Source: the human T2T-CHM13v2.0 reference genome, Homo sapiens. Taken from it: 64,000 nucleotides of DNA. The stretch is taken from the NCBI RefSeq assembly GCF_009914755.1, contig NC_060934.1, one strand, 5' to 3'. Position numbers and translations under genes: made by a program. A model generated the notes under the pieces. The model was not told the origin of the DNA and ran no database searches. It worked only from the letters and a program-made list of their open reading frames with translations. Below, piece after piece: positions 18,021 to 36,271 of the stretch (within the stretch, counting starts at the first letter, position 1; each line of letters opens with the position of its first letter).

Positions 18021-19999
18021 ATGTTTAATTGTGGATTATAGAACCAGAGAGCTTCAGACTAAGCCATTTAACAAATAATTTAGTGATTGTTGTATTTTGC
18101 CTAAGAGTTCTTTTTATTTCAAATGCCGAAGTTGCAGAGGCAAAAGTGTTTAATAATTTCGTGGATTCAATTACATGTTACAAATTTTTTAATGGGGCTA
18201 GAATGTGAAGGTGCTGAAGTCATGGCTTGCTGTGTAATATTCTAGCTATTTGTTGATGTAGTTGTATACTTAAGTATGGACCTAACTGGTGTGTTATGAA
18301 ATGAGAGAAAAACATGTAATAGGTTTTGCTCAGTTTATAATCTGGTCAAGGATATAGGAAGACATAACAAGTGTATCAAACATGAATCTTAGTCCAAAAA
18401 CTCAGATAGAAAGAAGGTACCACATTTGCTTTCTTTAAATTAACTTGATTTGACTTCTACTTCTTTGGCAAGAAATTCAACCTCAGTCATCCTTGGGGTC
18501 CCCTCTCCTCATGTTATTGGAAGGCCTGGTGTCATATGGTTCAGATTTTGCCTGCATTGGTTATGATACTGTCTTCCATTGCCTTCCACAAGGTTCCATC
18601 AGGTTCTGTGGCTCTGCCACCAACTGTGGGCCCTAGTGCCTGTGGCTTGACACCTAGTTTATATCTAGCAGACACTTTTTACTGAGGTCTTGCTGCCTGT
18701 TCAGTTGCTGCCATGGAGTTGATTCCATCCTCTCTAGAATTTCTTCTGAGATTGCTCACAAGGTCTACTCCTTTCTTTCATCAAGTCATTCAACATGGCC
18801 TCTTCTTGGGTTTTACTAAACACAAGGTGCTGGTCTACCTTCCGTGCCACTGGAATCTCTGAACAAAGGTTTTTGAAAGCCTGGCTGTTTGACTGGAAAT
18901 CGAAGGGAGGGATGGAAATAGAAGGATGTGAGTGACATAGGAAAAACATATATGAATTAGCGTTCCAAAAACTAGCCCCAAGAGGAAATATAAAGTGCCA
19001 AATGTCAATAAAAGTATGGTTGCTTGGAGTGTACTTGGAGTGAGTTGAAAACTTCATGAAGATGAGACTTGAACTGAGCCTTAAAGGATGGGTAGAGTTC
19101 ATTATAAATGAGGGTGTCTATTGTGCTTCTGTATCTAAGGCAGTACCTTCATGTGTATGTTGGGTGGTGGTGACACATGCATGAGTCGGGCGTGTGTGGC
19201 ATGTTTGGGAGTGAGTGGTGTGTGTGTTTGTGACAGGAAGGAGTTGAGAGTTTATACTGTTGCAGAAGAGCCTCAGAAAGAGAATTGTGGAACAGTCAGC
19301 TGGATGGATTTAGAAAGGGAAGATGCTTAGAAGGCTTTTATGGTAGTTCTGACCTGAACTGGAAAAGGATTGATGGCAGTGGGAATGAGAAGACAGTAAT
19401 TAGATAGAAACCACTAGAAAGAATCTGTGGGGAGAAGGCAGAATTTAAGGTGATTCTGAGTTCTCTGCTGGGTGCAGAGGTATTAATAGTGTCATTAATG
19501 GAAACTGGAGAAGTCAAGATAGGAGTTTGTTGTGAGAAGAAAATAAGGGGTTTAATGGAGGATTTGATAACCTGGTGAAGCCCTGAAATGAGGTTAGATT
19601 TGTAGATAAAGGGTTTTACCATATCATCGATCTTCACGATCCTGGTCTAGACCGGTTGTTTTTCCTGTTGACTATTGCGAAGAAGACAGTGATGAAAGAA
19701 TATACTGATGAGAAAAGAGATGAGTATGTGCGATACTTTGGCTTAAGAGTTAAGTAGTTTGAAGTTTTTTATTTACAGAAATTTTATAGTTCAAAATTGC
19801 TTTGTAATATTTTAAGAGCCTGAAAATTTAGCATGCTTGGAAAATCCGTTTTAGTTTTAGCTTTCGTCTTTATATCCCTAAGATGTTCTCTGAGCATTTG
19901 TAAATCTCCGCAGATTTATATTAATAAGCTAATAATTATTTATATTAGTAAGTATAAATTTGTATTAATAAAGCTAATAAAAATCTTTAAGGCTGCTTT

Positions 20000-22372
<2,373 letters not shown>

Positions 22373-23417
22373 TATTATCTAATATAAGGCACATCTCAAA
22401 ACTCTTGAGCTTGGTTTTGGTATTGCTTAGTTACCTGGATTTTCAGAGGTTGGTGGGCTAATTAGGCAGCTGTCTGTCCATTATTTTACCAGGCATTTAT
22501 GACAGTGATTATTTTTTATGACAGTTTTTTGTTTGTTTTTTAAATCAGCCTGGACATTTAAATATATTGTGCCAGCATATTAGTTACATGAAGATTAGCT
22601 AAGATAACATAAGGTTACGGGCTGTTTAGTTGCACCTACAAACATAGTAAGACTTATCAAAACAAGTATGGATTTTGAATGTGAATATTTTAAAAGATAT
22701 ATTGAAATTACTTAGAGTAGCCCTGGATATATGTTCATTATGGCATTTATCTTGTTAATAAGTTTCTACATGCTCATTTTAATTTCCAGTAGCATGAGCA
22801 AGTAACTTATATTTCATTCCCGAGAAACTAAAAGAATCTGCCTAAAGAGTATGAAAATTGCCATTAAATCTGTATTGTCTACTTTCTGGATGGTTATATC
22901 ATTATAGTTCTCTGCTCTTCCACACATTTTTGGGCTGCTATCAGTTTGTAAGTAATCATTATACAAACTAAATTTAAAAATTTAAACAAGATAATTTTAT
23001 ATTACTTGGATCAGGGAAAAAAATGCAGTTGCTGAAGGTGGTTTCATAGCTAAATATAAGCAATTATTTTGCTTTTTCTACTTTTTTGGATTTTATCATC
23101 TTTTCCCTTTTAGTAATAGAGTAATACAGGTAGGAATTAACTTAGCACTGCCAAATTAATAGTAATATTAGAACTGTGTACACAGCACAGGGTTAAGGTT
23201 ATATAGAAAAATGTCTCATCCATGTTTAATTTGGCTGACCAGCCCAGTTGATTAGCCAATTTTATTGTTTTGTTAAATTAAAATTCTAAATATAGTTGTC
23301 CATTGTTAAAATAAGTGAGTAGGGTTAAAATAGAGAATTGATAAAAATAAAGCCTTAAAAATCTTTTAGCTAAAGTAGCAGGCTTCAAGTGAAATTCAGT
23401 TTTGGTCTCCTTTACAG

Positions 23418-23591
23418 GAATAGCTATTCAGTCAGACAGAACCACTTATCACGTTTTGCAGTATCTCCTGAGGAAGTCAGAATTCTGAGCCAGCATGAAG
23501 ACGGAATCTTGTCTTTGATCTGATTTGCAAACCGTACTTTTATTCTAATCATGTGCAAGGTGGAGGTTATAGCGTGGGAACTAAAATCTTA
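23418..23591 (+). other. ZRANB1: Probable upstream exon (174 nt) of a long ZRANB1 isoform
   Basis: Acceptor ttttggtctcctttacag|G at 23417/23418 and donor TTA|GTAAGT at 23591/23592, in unique non-repeat sequence. Phase-compatible with the acceptor at 25500/25501. Confidence 0.75.
23551..23591 (+). CDS. ZRANB1: Start of a 26-aa N-terminal extension (MCKVEVIAWELKS-Y-FLPDTAHFKKCT) fused to the canonical MSERG start
   Basis: ATG at 23551 gives 13 codons plus TA. Joined to C25501 this makes TAC, then 12 stop-free codons to ATG 25538. 708+26=734 aa matches a predicted long isoform as I recall it (unverified). Confidence 0.7.
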
Positions 23592-23738
23592 GTAAGTGTG
23601 GTTTTTATTTTAGCTATTAAGTAGTATACTTTCTTATAGTGATTTTTTTTTTCTTCTTAGCAGAGTTCACACTATAAATAGTGTATGGACTTGGCAGGCA
23701 GGAACATAATACAGTATACTTCAAAAGTGAAAGATTTA

Positions 23739-24078
<340 letters not shown>

Positions 24079-24414
24079 ATTTAACCCTCTAGGTTCAGGA
24101 AAAATCCCTGAGAAAGAGAGAGCAAAGCTTCTATACTCTGCCTAGGATTTCTTTCTCTTTCCGGGTGAAAAATAGGTGTTGGGATGATACTGAGTTGATA
24201 AAAGTATTTAGGAAAAGTGGCCAGTGTCTAAATTCAAGCCATTAAAAAAAAAAAATTAAATTTGTTATGTAAGTTGCTTCATTTATGAATTAGTTGCCAT
24301 TAAATTATGAAGTCTTTCTTCATTATAGTGTAGTGTTAGCCCATTGTTGAATCCTAGAAATCTTTTAAGTAGTGTGAATATCTTTTAAATATGAATTGGA
24401 TTTTTTGGGGGGCA

Positions 24415-24693
24415 GGGGATGGAGTCTCACTCTGTCACCCAGGCTAGAGTGCAGTGGTGCGATCTTAGCTCACTGCAACCTCTGCCTGCCGGGTTCAAGC
24501 AGTTCTCTGCCTCAGCCTCCTGAGTAGCTGGGATTACAGGCACCTACCACCATGCACGGCTAATTTTTGTATTTTTATAGAGACGGGGCTTTACCATCTT
24601 GGCCAGGCTGGTCTTGAACTCCTGACCTTGTGATCTACCCGCCTCAGCCTCCCAAAATGCTGGGATTATAGGCTTGAGCTACTGCCCCCGGCC
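24415..24693 (-). mobile_element. AluS
   Basis: Antisense dimer flanked by an atgaatt(g/a)gatttt TSD. Confidence 0.9.
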
Positions 24694-25500
24694 ATGAATT
24701 AGATTTTGAGTATATTTTAAATATTCAAAATTTAAAATATTTTAATTATGAACATTCACAATTATATTGGAATGATTATGCTACTGGTTATTTCAGTGAC
24801 CTTCCACAGATTTAATTTTCCCCAGTACAGTCTTCTTTTTTTTACTCCAGATAGAACTAGATTTTGAGGCTACAGATTATCAAGGAACTACCTATTTCAT
24901 AATGTTACTTTGTTAATTGTAGCCATTACTTCTCAACATGTTTCTTTACTACCTGTGCTAATTAAGAACAGTGGATAATTAGCATTTTAAGTTGCTTTTC
25001 TCCCTTAGCGAGAATGATAAAATAGACGTTGTTTGATCTTCTGAATTCATGAATCATAATCTGTGTTCATAATTTGAGAATGGTTATGTGTTTAAGCTAT
25101 TTTTTAGTTTGTGTTGTTTCCTCTACCTTTGTCTCTTTAAACTATTGGTTACTTTTCTAAATTGATGTGATGGCCTCCCTGAAATTAAACATTTCTATTA
25201 GTGGCTTCCCGTTAATCTCATCCTTCTTAGATCAAACCTCGTTATATCTCCTGCCTATCTCTTTTGCATTCCAAAGTTCAGTTTTATTAAATCCCAGGGT
25301 CTAAGATTTTTTCTTTGAGAATTTATCTCCAGTGTTTCTATGGAAATTAAAAAAGAAAATTAGGATAATTCAATGTCGAAATGTTGCATGCATCTTTTGA
25401 GAAATTTATATTTTGTAGGTTGAAGGACTTGCTTTTTGGGCAGCGTATTTTTGGAGGTGGAATGTAGTTATTTTAATAACCATGTCCTAATTATTTATAG

Positions 25501-25537
25501 CTTCCTGCCTGACACAGCTCACTTCAAGAAGTGCACA
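25501..25537 (+). other. ZRANB1: 5' part of the AUG exon (acceptor at 25500/25501): 5'UTR of the canonical form, coding in the long form
   Basis: gtcctaattatttatag|C with a CTAAT branch-point-like motif; open frame up to ATG 25538. Confidence 0.8.
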
Positions 25538-26351
25538 ATGTCAGAACGTGGAATTAAGTGGGCTTGTGAATATTGTACGTATGAAAACTGGCCATCTGCA
25601 ATCAAGTGTACTATGTGTCGTGCCCAAAGACCTAGTGGAACAATTATTACAGAAGATCCATTTAAAAGTGGTTCAAGTGATGTTGGTAGAGATTGGGATC
25701 CTTCCAGCACCGAAGGAGGAAGTAGTCCTTTGATATGTCCAGACTCTAGTGCAAGACCAAGGGTGAAATCTTCGTATAGCATGGAAAATGCAAATAAGTG
25801 GTCATGCCACATGTGTACATATTTGAACTGGCCAAGAGCAATCAGATGTACCCAGTGCTTATCCCAACGTAGGACCAGGAGTCCTACAGAATCTCCTCAG
25901 TCCTCAGGATCTGGCTCAAGACCAGTTGCTTTTTCTGTTGATCCTTGTGAGGAATACAATGATAGAAATAAACTGAACACTAGGACACAGCACTGGACTT
26001 GCTCTGTTTGCACATATGAAAACTGGGCCAAGGCTAAAAGATGTGTTGTTTGTGATCATCCCAGACCTAATAACATTGAAGCAATAGAATTGGCAGAGAC
26101 TGAAGAGGCTTCTTCAATAATAAATGAGCAAGACAGAGCTCGATGGAGGGGAAGTTGCAGTAGTGGTAATAGCCAAAGGAGATCACCTCCTGCTACGAAG
26201 CGGGACTCTGAAGTGAAAATGGATTTTCAGAGGATTGAATTGGCTGGTGCTGTGGGAAGCAAGGAGGAACTTGAAGTAGACTTTAAAAAACTAAAGCAAA
26301 TTAAAAACAGGATGAAAAAGACTGATTGGCTCTTCCTCAATGCTTGTGTGG
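25538..26351 (+). CDS. ZRANB1: TRABID coding exon, aa 1-271: three RanBP2/Npl4-type zinc fingers (NZF1-3) and start of AnkUBD
   Basis: MSERGIKWACEYCTYENWPSAIKCTMC..., WSCHMCTYLN...CTQC and WTCSVCTYEN...CVVC are three W-x-C-x2-C-TY-x-N-x6-C-x2-C motifs. 814 nt ending at GTGG|GTAAGT (phase 1). Confidence 0.98.
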
Positions 26352-26417
26352 GTAAGTTTCTGTATTCTGCATTTTTTGCGTGGGATGGGAAAAGGTAGTA
26401 AAAATGATATGAAAAGA

Positions 26418-26551
26418 GCTGGGTGCGCTGACACACGTTTGTGGTCTTAGCCACTTGCTTGAAACCAGGAGTTTGAGGCTGTAGTATGCCATGATCGGTC
26501 TGTGAATAGCACTTGCACTCCAGCTTGGGTAACATAGTGAGACTGTGTCTC
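26418..26551 (+). mobile_element. FAM / 7SL-derived fossil Alu monomer, followed by (TG)n(TA)n at ~26574-26602
   Basis: Retains the 7SL-specific gatc..ctgtgaatagc..ctgcactccagc segment that dimeric Alus lack. Confidence 0.75.
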
Positions 26552-27549
26552 CACGCACATGCAAAAATGTGAGTGTGTGTGTGTGTGTGTGTATATATAT
26601 ATGCGCAAAGTCACTAGCATTTGATTCATTCAGCACGATAGCTGTACTTTCAAGTATGCATACATAAAAATTTGTGTATTTGTGATCTTGTCGTAACTTT
26701 GTACTAAATTGCCCACAATTAATTGTGTTCATGTCTCTCCATTACTGGGGGCAGTGGAAACGTTTAAGTTAAAGCAAAGTTTTTACACATCAGCAGTAAA
26801 ATATATACCTGGACTTTAAAACTGCTACTCTGTTTATTGTAACAAGATGTAACTGAGGAACACCAGCTGCTGTTTCCAAGTATTTGTAAACAGTGTGAGC
26901 ATCTTGTGATGATAGAAGCTTTAGTCAGATGTTAAAAATACCACAAAAATGTGTGACTCCAAGAAGTTGAACAAACATATTGACCTTGAAAATACTGGTG
27001 TTAATTTAACATGAATGTCATGTAGTAAATGTTTGCAAACTTTATGGAACTGATTACATGTAGCCAGCTGATTCCATACTTCAAGTTATGGTTCATATGT
27101 ATTGTGACATTTTCCTCAGGAAATGCTGTTAAAGGACAGAGACATAGGAGAGCAGAGTTTTTCTTCAGTTCTTGACCTTGTGAGTTAATTGTGATGTAAT
27201 TCACAAAAGCAGTGACTTGAGTCTTCAGTATTTTTTTTTTGAGTAGATTAGATGTTTGATTTTTATTAAATTATTTGGATGGGCTGCTTGCTTTGACATT
27301 TGGTCTTATGAGGGAAATTTTGAATGATTACTAAGTTTAAACTTTGTGTGGAACAATAGCTAAGCTTTAACTATACCTTAGCTGTATGTTTTCCCTCAGT
27401 ACCAATTTCTTTTATTTATCCCTCTGGGTACAGCCCAAGAATATGGAAAGTTTAGGTGTATGAACCTGTGAGTCCTAGGAATTGATTTCCAAGAAATCGT
27501 GAGTTTTAAAATTAAATTATATATATCATTCCCCCCCCCCCCGCCCCAA

Positions 27550-27836
27550 GATGGGATCTCACTCTGTCACCCAGGCTAGAGGGCAGTGATGCAATCATGG
27601 CTCACTGCAGCCTCAACCTCCTGGGTTCAAGTGACCTGCCATCTCAGCCTCCCCAGTAGCTGGGACTCCCCATTAGCATGTACCACTATGCCCTGCTATT
27701 GTTTTAAATTATTATTTGTAAAGATGGGGGTCTACCTATGTTGCCCAGGATGGTCTTGAACTCCTGGGCTCAAGCGATTCTCCCACCTCAGCCTCCTAAA
27801 GTGTTGGGATTATAGGCATAATTTGCTGTGCCCAGC
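27550..27836 (-). mobile_element. AluJ
   Basis: atcatggctcactgcagcctcaacctcctggg J-type diagnostics. Confidence 0.85.
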
Positions 27837-28846
27837 TGAAATCCTGAGTTTTCAATTTTAGCTTTGTTCTGGCAAAAAAGAATATCCCAGCAGATGAATC
27901 CTTCTGACCTCCAGACTTAGTAGGCACTTAGCAAGTCTTAGTTCTAGTTTCCTCCCATCCTGAGGATGAGGGGATGAAAACATACCGGGCTATCTTCTGT
28001 CTGTGTTGTCCCATTTTATTCCTCTGATTTTTCTGCTCCAAATTGAGGGGCAACATACAGTATGATTGTCAGTTAAAAAAATTTAAACAGGAGATACAAA
28101 AGGGTTTTGTTATTAGTTTCCTTAGAGATCAAATTGATTTAACATAAAAATTCACCGTTTTGCAAGTGAACAACTCATTTGGCATTTAGTGCATTCACAT
28201 TGTGTAACCACTACCTCTGTGTTGTTCCAGAACATTTTCATCATCCCAAAAGGAAACTATGTACCCATTAAGCAGTTACTGCCCCCTACCCCTACCCGCT
28301 AACCCTTGATAACTGCCAGTCTGCTTTTGGTGTCTGTGGATTTACCTATTCTGGATATTCATATAAATGGAATCTTTACATATCTGTGAGCTTTTATGTT
28401 GGGTGTGATTGTCTTTTAATTGCTTGTATGCCTTTGGAACAGTCTTAAAATCATTTTTTTTTTTTTTTTTTTTTTTTTTTTCAGGGAGTAGTGTACTATG
28501 AATACTTGGACTACAAGGTGGTGTTATAGTACATGTAGGTTTATAGATGAAAATGAACTAGACTTCATTGTGACGGTTCTTAACCTCACAGTGAAGGTCA
28601 CTAAACCTCACTAAAGGTCATAGAATCCTTTAGGAATCAGGGCTTCATTTCAACCCCCGGTTGCTTCAAGTCAGTGGATCTCAGGATAAGAACACCTGAT
28701 TTGAAATATTTTCTTTCCTTGAAACACACAAGTTAGATGAATCAACATGTTTGTCTTTATGACATTATTTCTTCTTGGTCCTGCCTTTTTCTACATATCC
28801 TTACTACTTTTGACTAGACGACTAGCCATCCTTGTACCTCTTTGCA

Positions 28847-29492
<646 letters not shown>

Positions 29493-30589
29493 GTGGAACA
29501 AAAACTTCTACCAATAGGACCAGTATTGGATTTGACGTTGTTTTATTTATAAAACGATTTGTCATTAAGTTGCTGTTTCTACCTGCAAAGTTTCTAGATT
29601 CTTAGGGGCAAGGGTTGATTGTATTTGGTTCTTGGTAATGTGGACTATGTCTTTCCTATTGGCAAATAATTTTTACTATTAACTCTACAATGTCATTCTG
29701 AACTGTTATACGTAAGGTTATAATTATAGGCCTGTTTCTATGGGATAGCCATATTCTGATGTGTAAACATAACTGAAATATGTTAAATACTTTTTTTAAA
29801 CTTGTTTACATTGTGTTGGGTTAATTTAAAAAAAGGCTTGAGCAGTAAGACTAACAGAAGTTCACATGTACTCAAAATTAATCTTTACGTCCCTTTTCTG
29901 CCTGCCTTATGTTCCCCAGATTTCATTAGATACAGTGTATTTTGGGTTATTGATGTTAAGTGTTTTTTAAAAAATACATCTCTAAAGTAGTATATACACT
30001 GAGTATAAAATGTGAGACTTTTCCATTTAAAGTTGGAAAAAAATTGCAACCTCAGGTCAGCTTTGTAGCTGATAAACTAGGAATGAGGAAGATTCAGTTG
30101 TTGAGAGGGCAGATGTCAACTAACACATCAGCAGTATCGAGCAAACATATTGACATAGCTGTTGGGTGTTAAGTTTCACATAAGTCATATTATCTTATGT
30201 GGTGAGAGGATGTTGGGGACAGCTGTGCCAAAACCTGATATCAGTAGTAGAGCCTGAGGTTGAGAACCAGGGTGGTAAAGGTAGAGGTGTGAATGTAAAT
30301 GTACAGTTGTCTCTGGAATGTCTGCAGTTGGTACTAGATGTTTTTAGGTACATCAGGTTTTTAGGGCGGTCATGTGAGCACTCACCATAGACTGCTTTTC
30401 TCACTGGGTAGACAATAATGTATCTAGAGAATAGAGCAGCACTACCTAATGCCCTGCTTTTGTTCTGCTATTGTATTGAATCAGTTGCCTTATGAAATTG
30501 CACTTCAATTTGTGTACATAGATACGTCCTTAAAAAGACACAGGGTTAGATAAGAACACCATATTAAATCTGTGCTGTAATGTGTATTC

Positions 30590-31920
30590 CTGAATCCTAG
30601 ACTCATATATCCAGCTGCCTATTCAGCATCTTTCCTGGAGTGTTTAAAAACTCAAGCTCATTTCAAGCTCAGTAATGCTAAAACAGAACTGATCTCTCCT
30701 TCAAATCTATTTTTTCCCAGGCTCTCATCTTGGTTGATGGCAAATTTCTCATTCCATTGCTTGTGCCAAAAGCCTTGGCCCTCCTTGATTCTTCTTTCTC
30801 TTATGCCCCACTTCTATTTCTGAGAAGATTCTTTGGCTCTACCTTCAAAATATATCTGTACTCTGACCACTTCTCACTATTCTTGTCCAAACCATGATCT
30901 ACCCTTGCCTTTGCCCTCCGTACAATCTGCTGTCATCAGAGGAGCTAATTCTTCTCAGAACCCTCTAGTGATCACCTGTTTTACTTGGATTAAAAGCCAG
31001 AGTCCCTCAAAAACTCTACAAGGCCATCTACATGCTCTGTATTGCACACTTCAGCTTCCCTCCATATACTTTTGACCCTTGAATAACACAGGTCTGAACT
31101 GTGCGCGTCCACTTATACGTGAGTTTTCTACCAGCTCTGCCACCCCTGAGACAGCAAGAACAATGCCTCTTCTTCCTCCTCCCCCTCCTCAGCCTACTCA
31201 AGGTGAAGATGATGATGATGAAGACCTTTATGATGAGCCACTTTGACTTAATGAGTTGGTAAATGTATTTTCTCTTCCTTATGATTTTCTTAATAACATT
31301 TTCTTTTCTCTAATGTATTACAAGAATACAGTGTATAATACATATACAAATATGTGTTCGACTGTTTATGCTATTAGTAAGGCTTCCGGTCAACAGTAGG
31401 CTATCAGTATTTTGGGGGGAGTTAAAAGTTATACATGGATTTTCTACTGTGTGGGAGATTGGTCCCCCTAATCTCCATGTTGTTCAAGGGCCAAATATAG
31501 TTTATCTCTGAACTAATCTGTTTTCCACCTTTTCCATTTCATTCCAGCCACTCTTGCCACCTTTTTTTTTTTTCCTATAAATAAGCCTCAAGCCTTTTAC
31601 TTGCTGTTTGCTCTGCCTGGATTGCTCTCCACCTTCGCTTCTTTTCTCATGTATTGCCTTCTCAATGAGGTCCTCCATGACTGCCGTATCTAAAATTTCA
31701 TCCCTGTCCATTATCCCTCCCCACAGCATTAATTTTCTTCATAACACTTCTAATATGCTTCATCATCTTGTTTATTATTTGTCTCTCTCTACTCTAGAAT
31801 TTAAGCTTCCTGAGGGCCAGTAATTTTATGTTTTGTTCAAAGCTGTATCTTAGTATGTACAACAGTGCCTGCTACATACATACTAGGCACTCAGGTATTT
31901 TTATATCAATGAACGAATGA
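30590..31920. mobile_element. L2 element split by a Tigger2a insertion
   Basis: tagactcatatatccagctgcct... and ...agtgcctg...taggcactc...aatgaacgaatgaat (L2 3' end) lie on either side of the Tigger. Confidence 0.7.
31069..31497. mobile_element. Tigger2a (MER28-like) MITE
   Basis: Degenerate TIRs c..ttgacccttgaa(t)aaca / tgttgttcaagggccaa with flanking TA; internal cctcctcagcctactcaa..gtgaagatga; about 430 bp. Confidence 0.85.
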
Positions 31921-32447
31921 ATATTTTTGGGAACTAGGGTCTGGGCAAACCTTTATCCTACTCCTCCTATGAATTTCTAGATTCTTTGCCTGCTTCCTAG
32001 CTCTCTATGTTTTTCAATAGTTGGGGCTCAACCCAGGAGAGCCAGTTTTACTTCTCACTGGTTGTCAGGAAGACTGAGGTAAGTAGTGGGTATGAAAGGG
32101 TCTTACAGGAAAGGGTATAGAGGCTTCAGTTTATCACCAGGCAGTCTATGGACATGAAAAGTCTAAAGTCAGGTTTATGTTTAATTTCTCTACCTCCCTA
32201 CTTTCACTCATGGCAATATTTGTTTTTTCAAAAAAATCATTCTATGTGTTTGCTATAACTATCAAATGAGATTTTTACTTGAAATATTTTATTCAGTTGT
32301 CATTGGACCTGCTGCTTCCTAGTTGGCGTTTATCTTACTTCCTAAACAATAGCTGCATCTTTCTTAAGTTTAGGAGCTGAGATTTGGTTGGGGCTGTTGA
32401 AGGTATAGGGGGAAAAAAATCAAACTTAAGTAACAAGTTCACATTGA

Positions 32448-35078
<2,631 letters not shown>

Positions 35079-35168
35079 TTAACTTGCCCATTGACTTCCT
35101 TATAGGTTCATCTCCCTCTACCCCCTCTTTGGGCTTTTTGGGTGATTTGCATGACCAATATAAATAGA

Positions 35169-36271
<1,103 letters not shown>

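Noticed and set aside
23231-23259. 13-bp hairpin upstream of the 23418 exon
   Set aside because: Needs two G-U pairs and a mismatch with a 3-nt loop; not distinguishable from background without covariation data.
25436-26398. The 320-aa track ORF as a single protein
   Set aside because: It begins at a TTG upstream of the 25501 acceptor and runs through the donor at 26351. The true CDS part is 25538-26351. A GTG in good context at 25457 could start an extension, but there is no supporting evidence.
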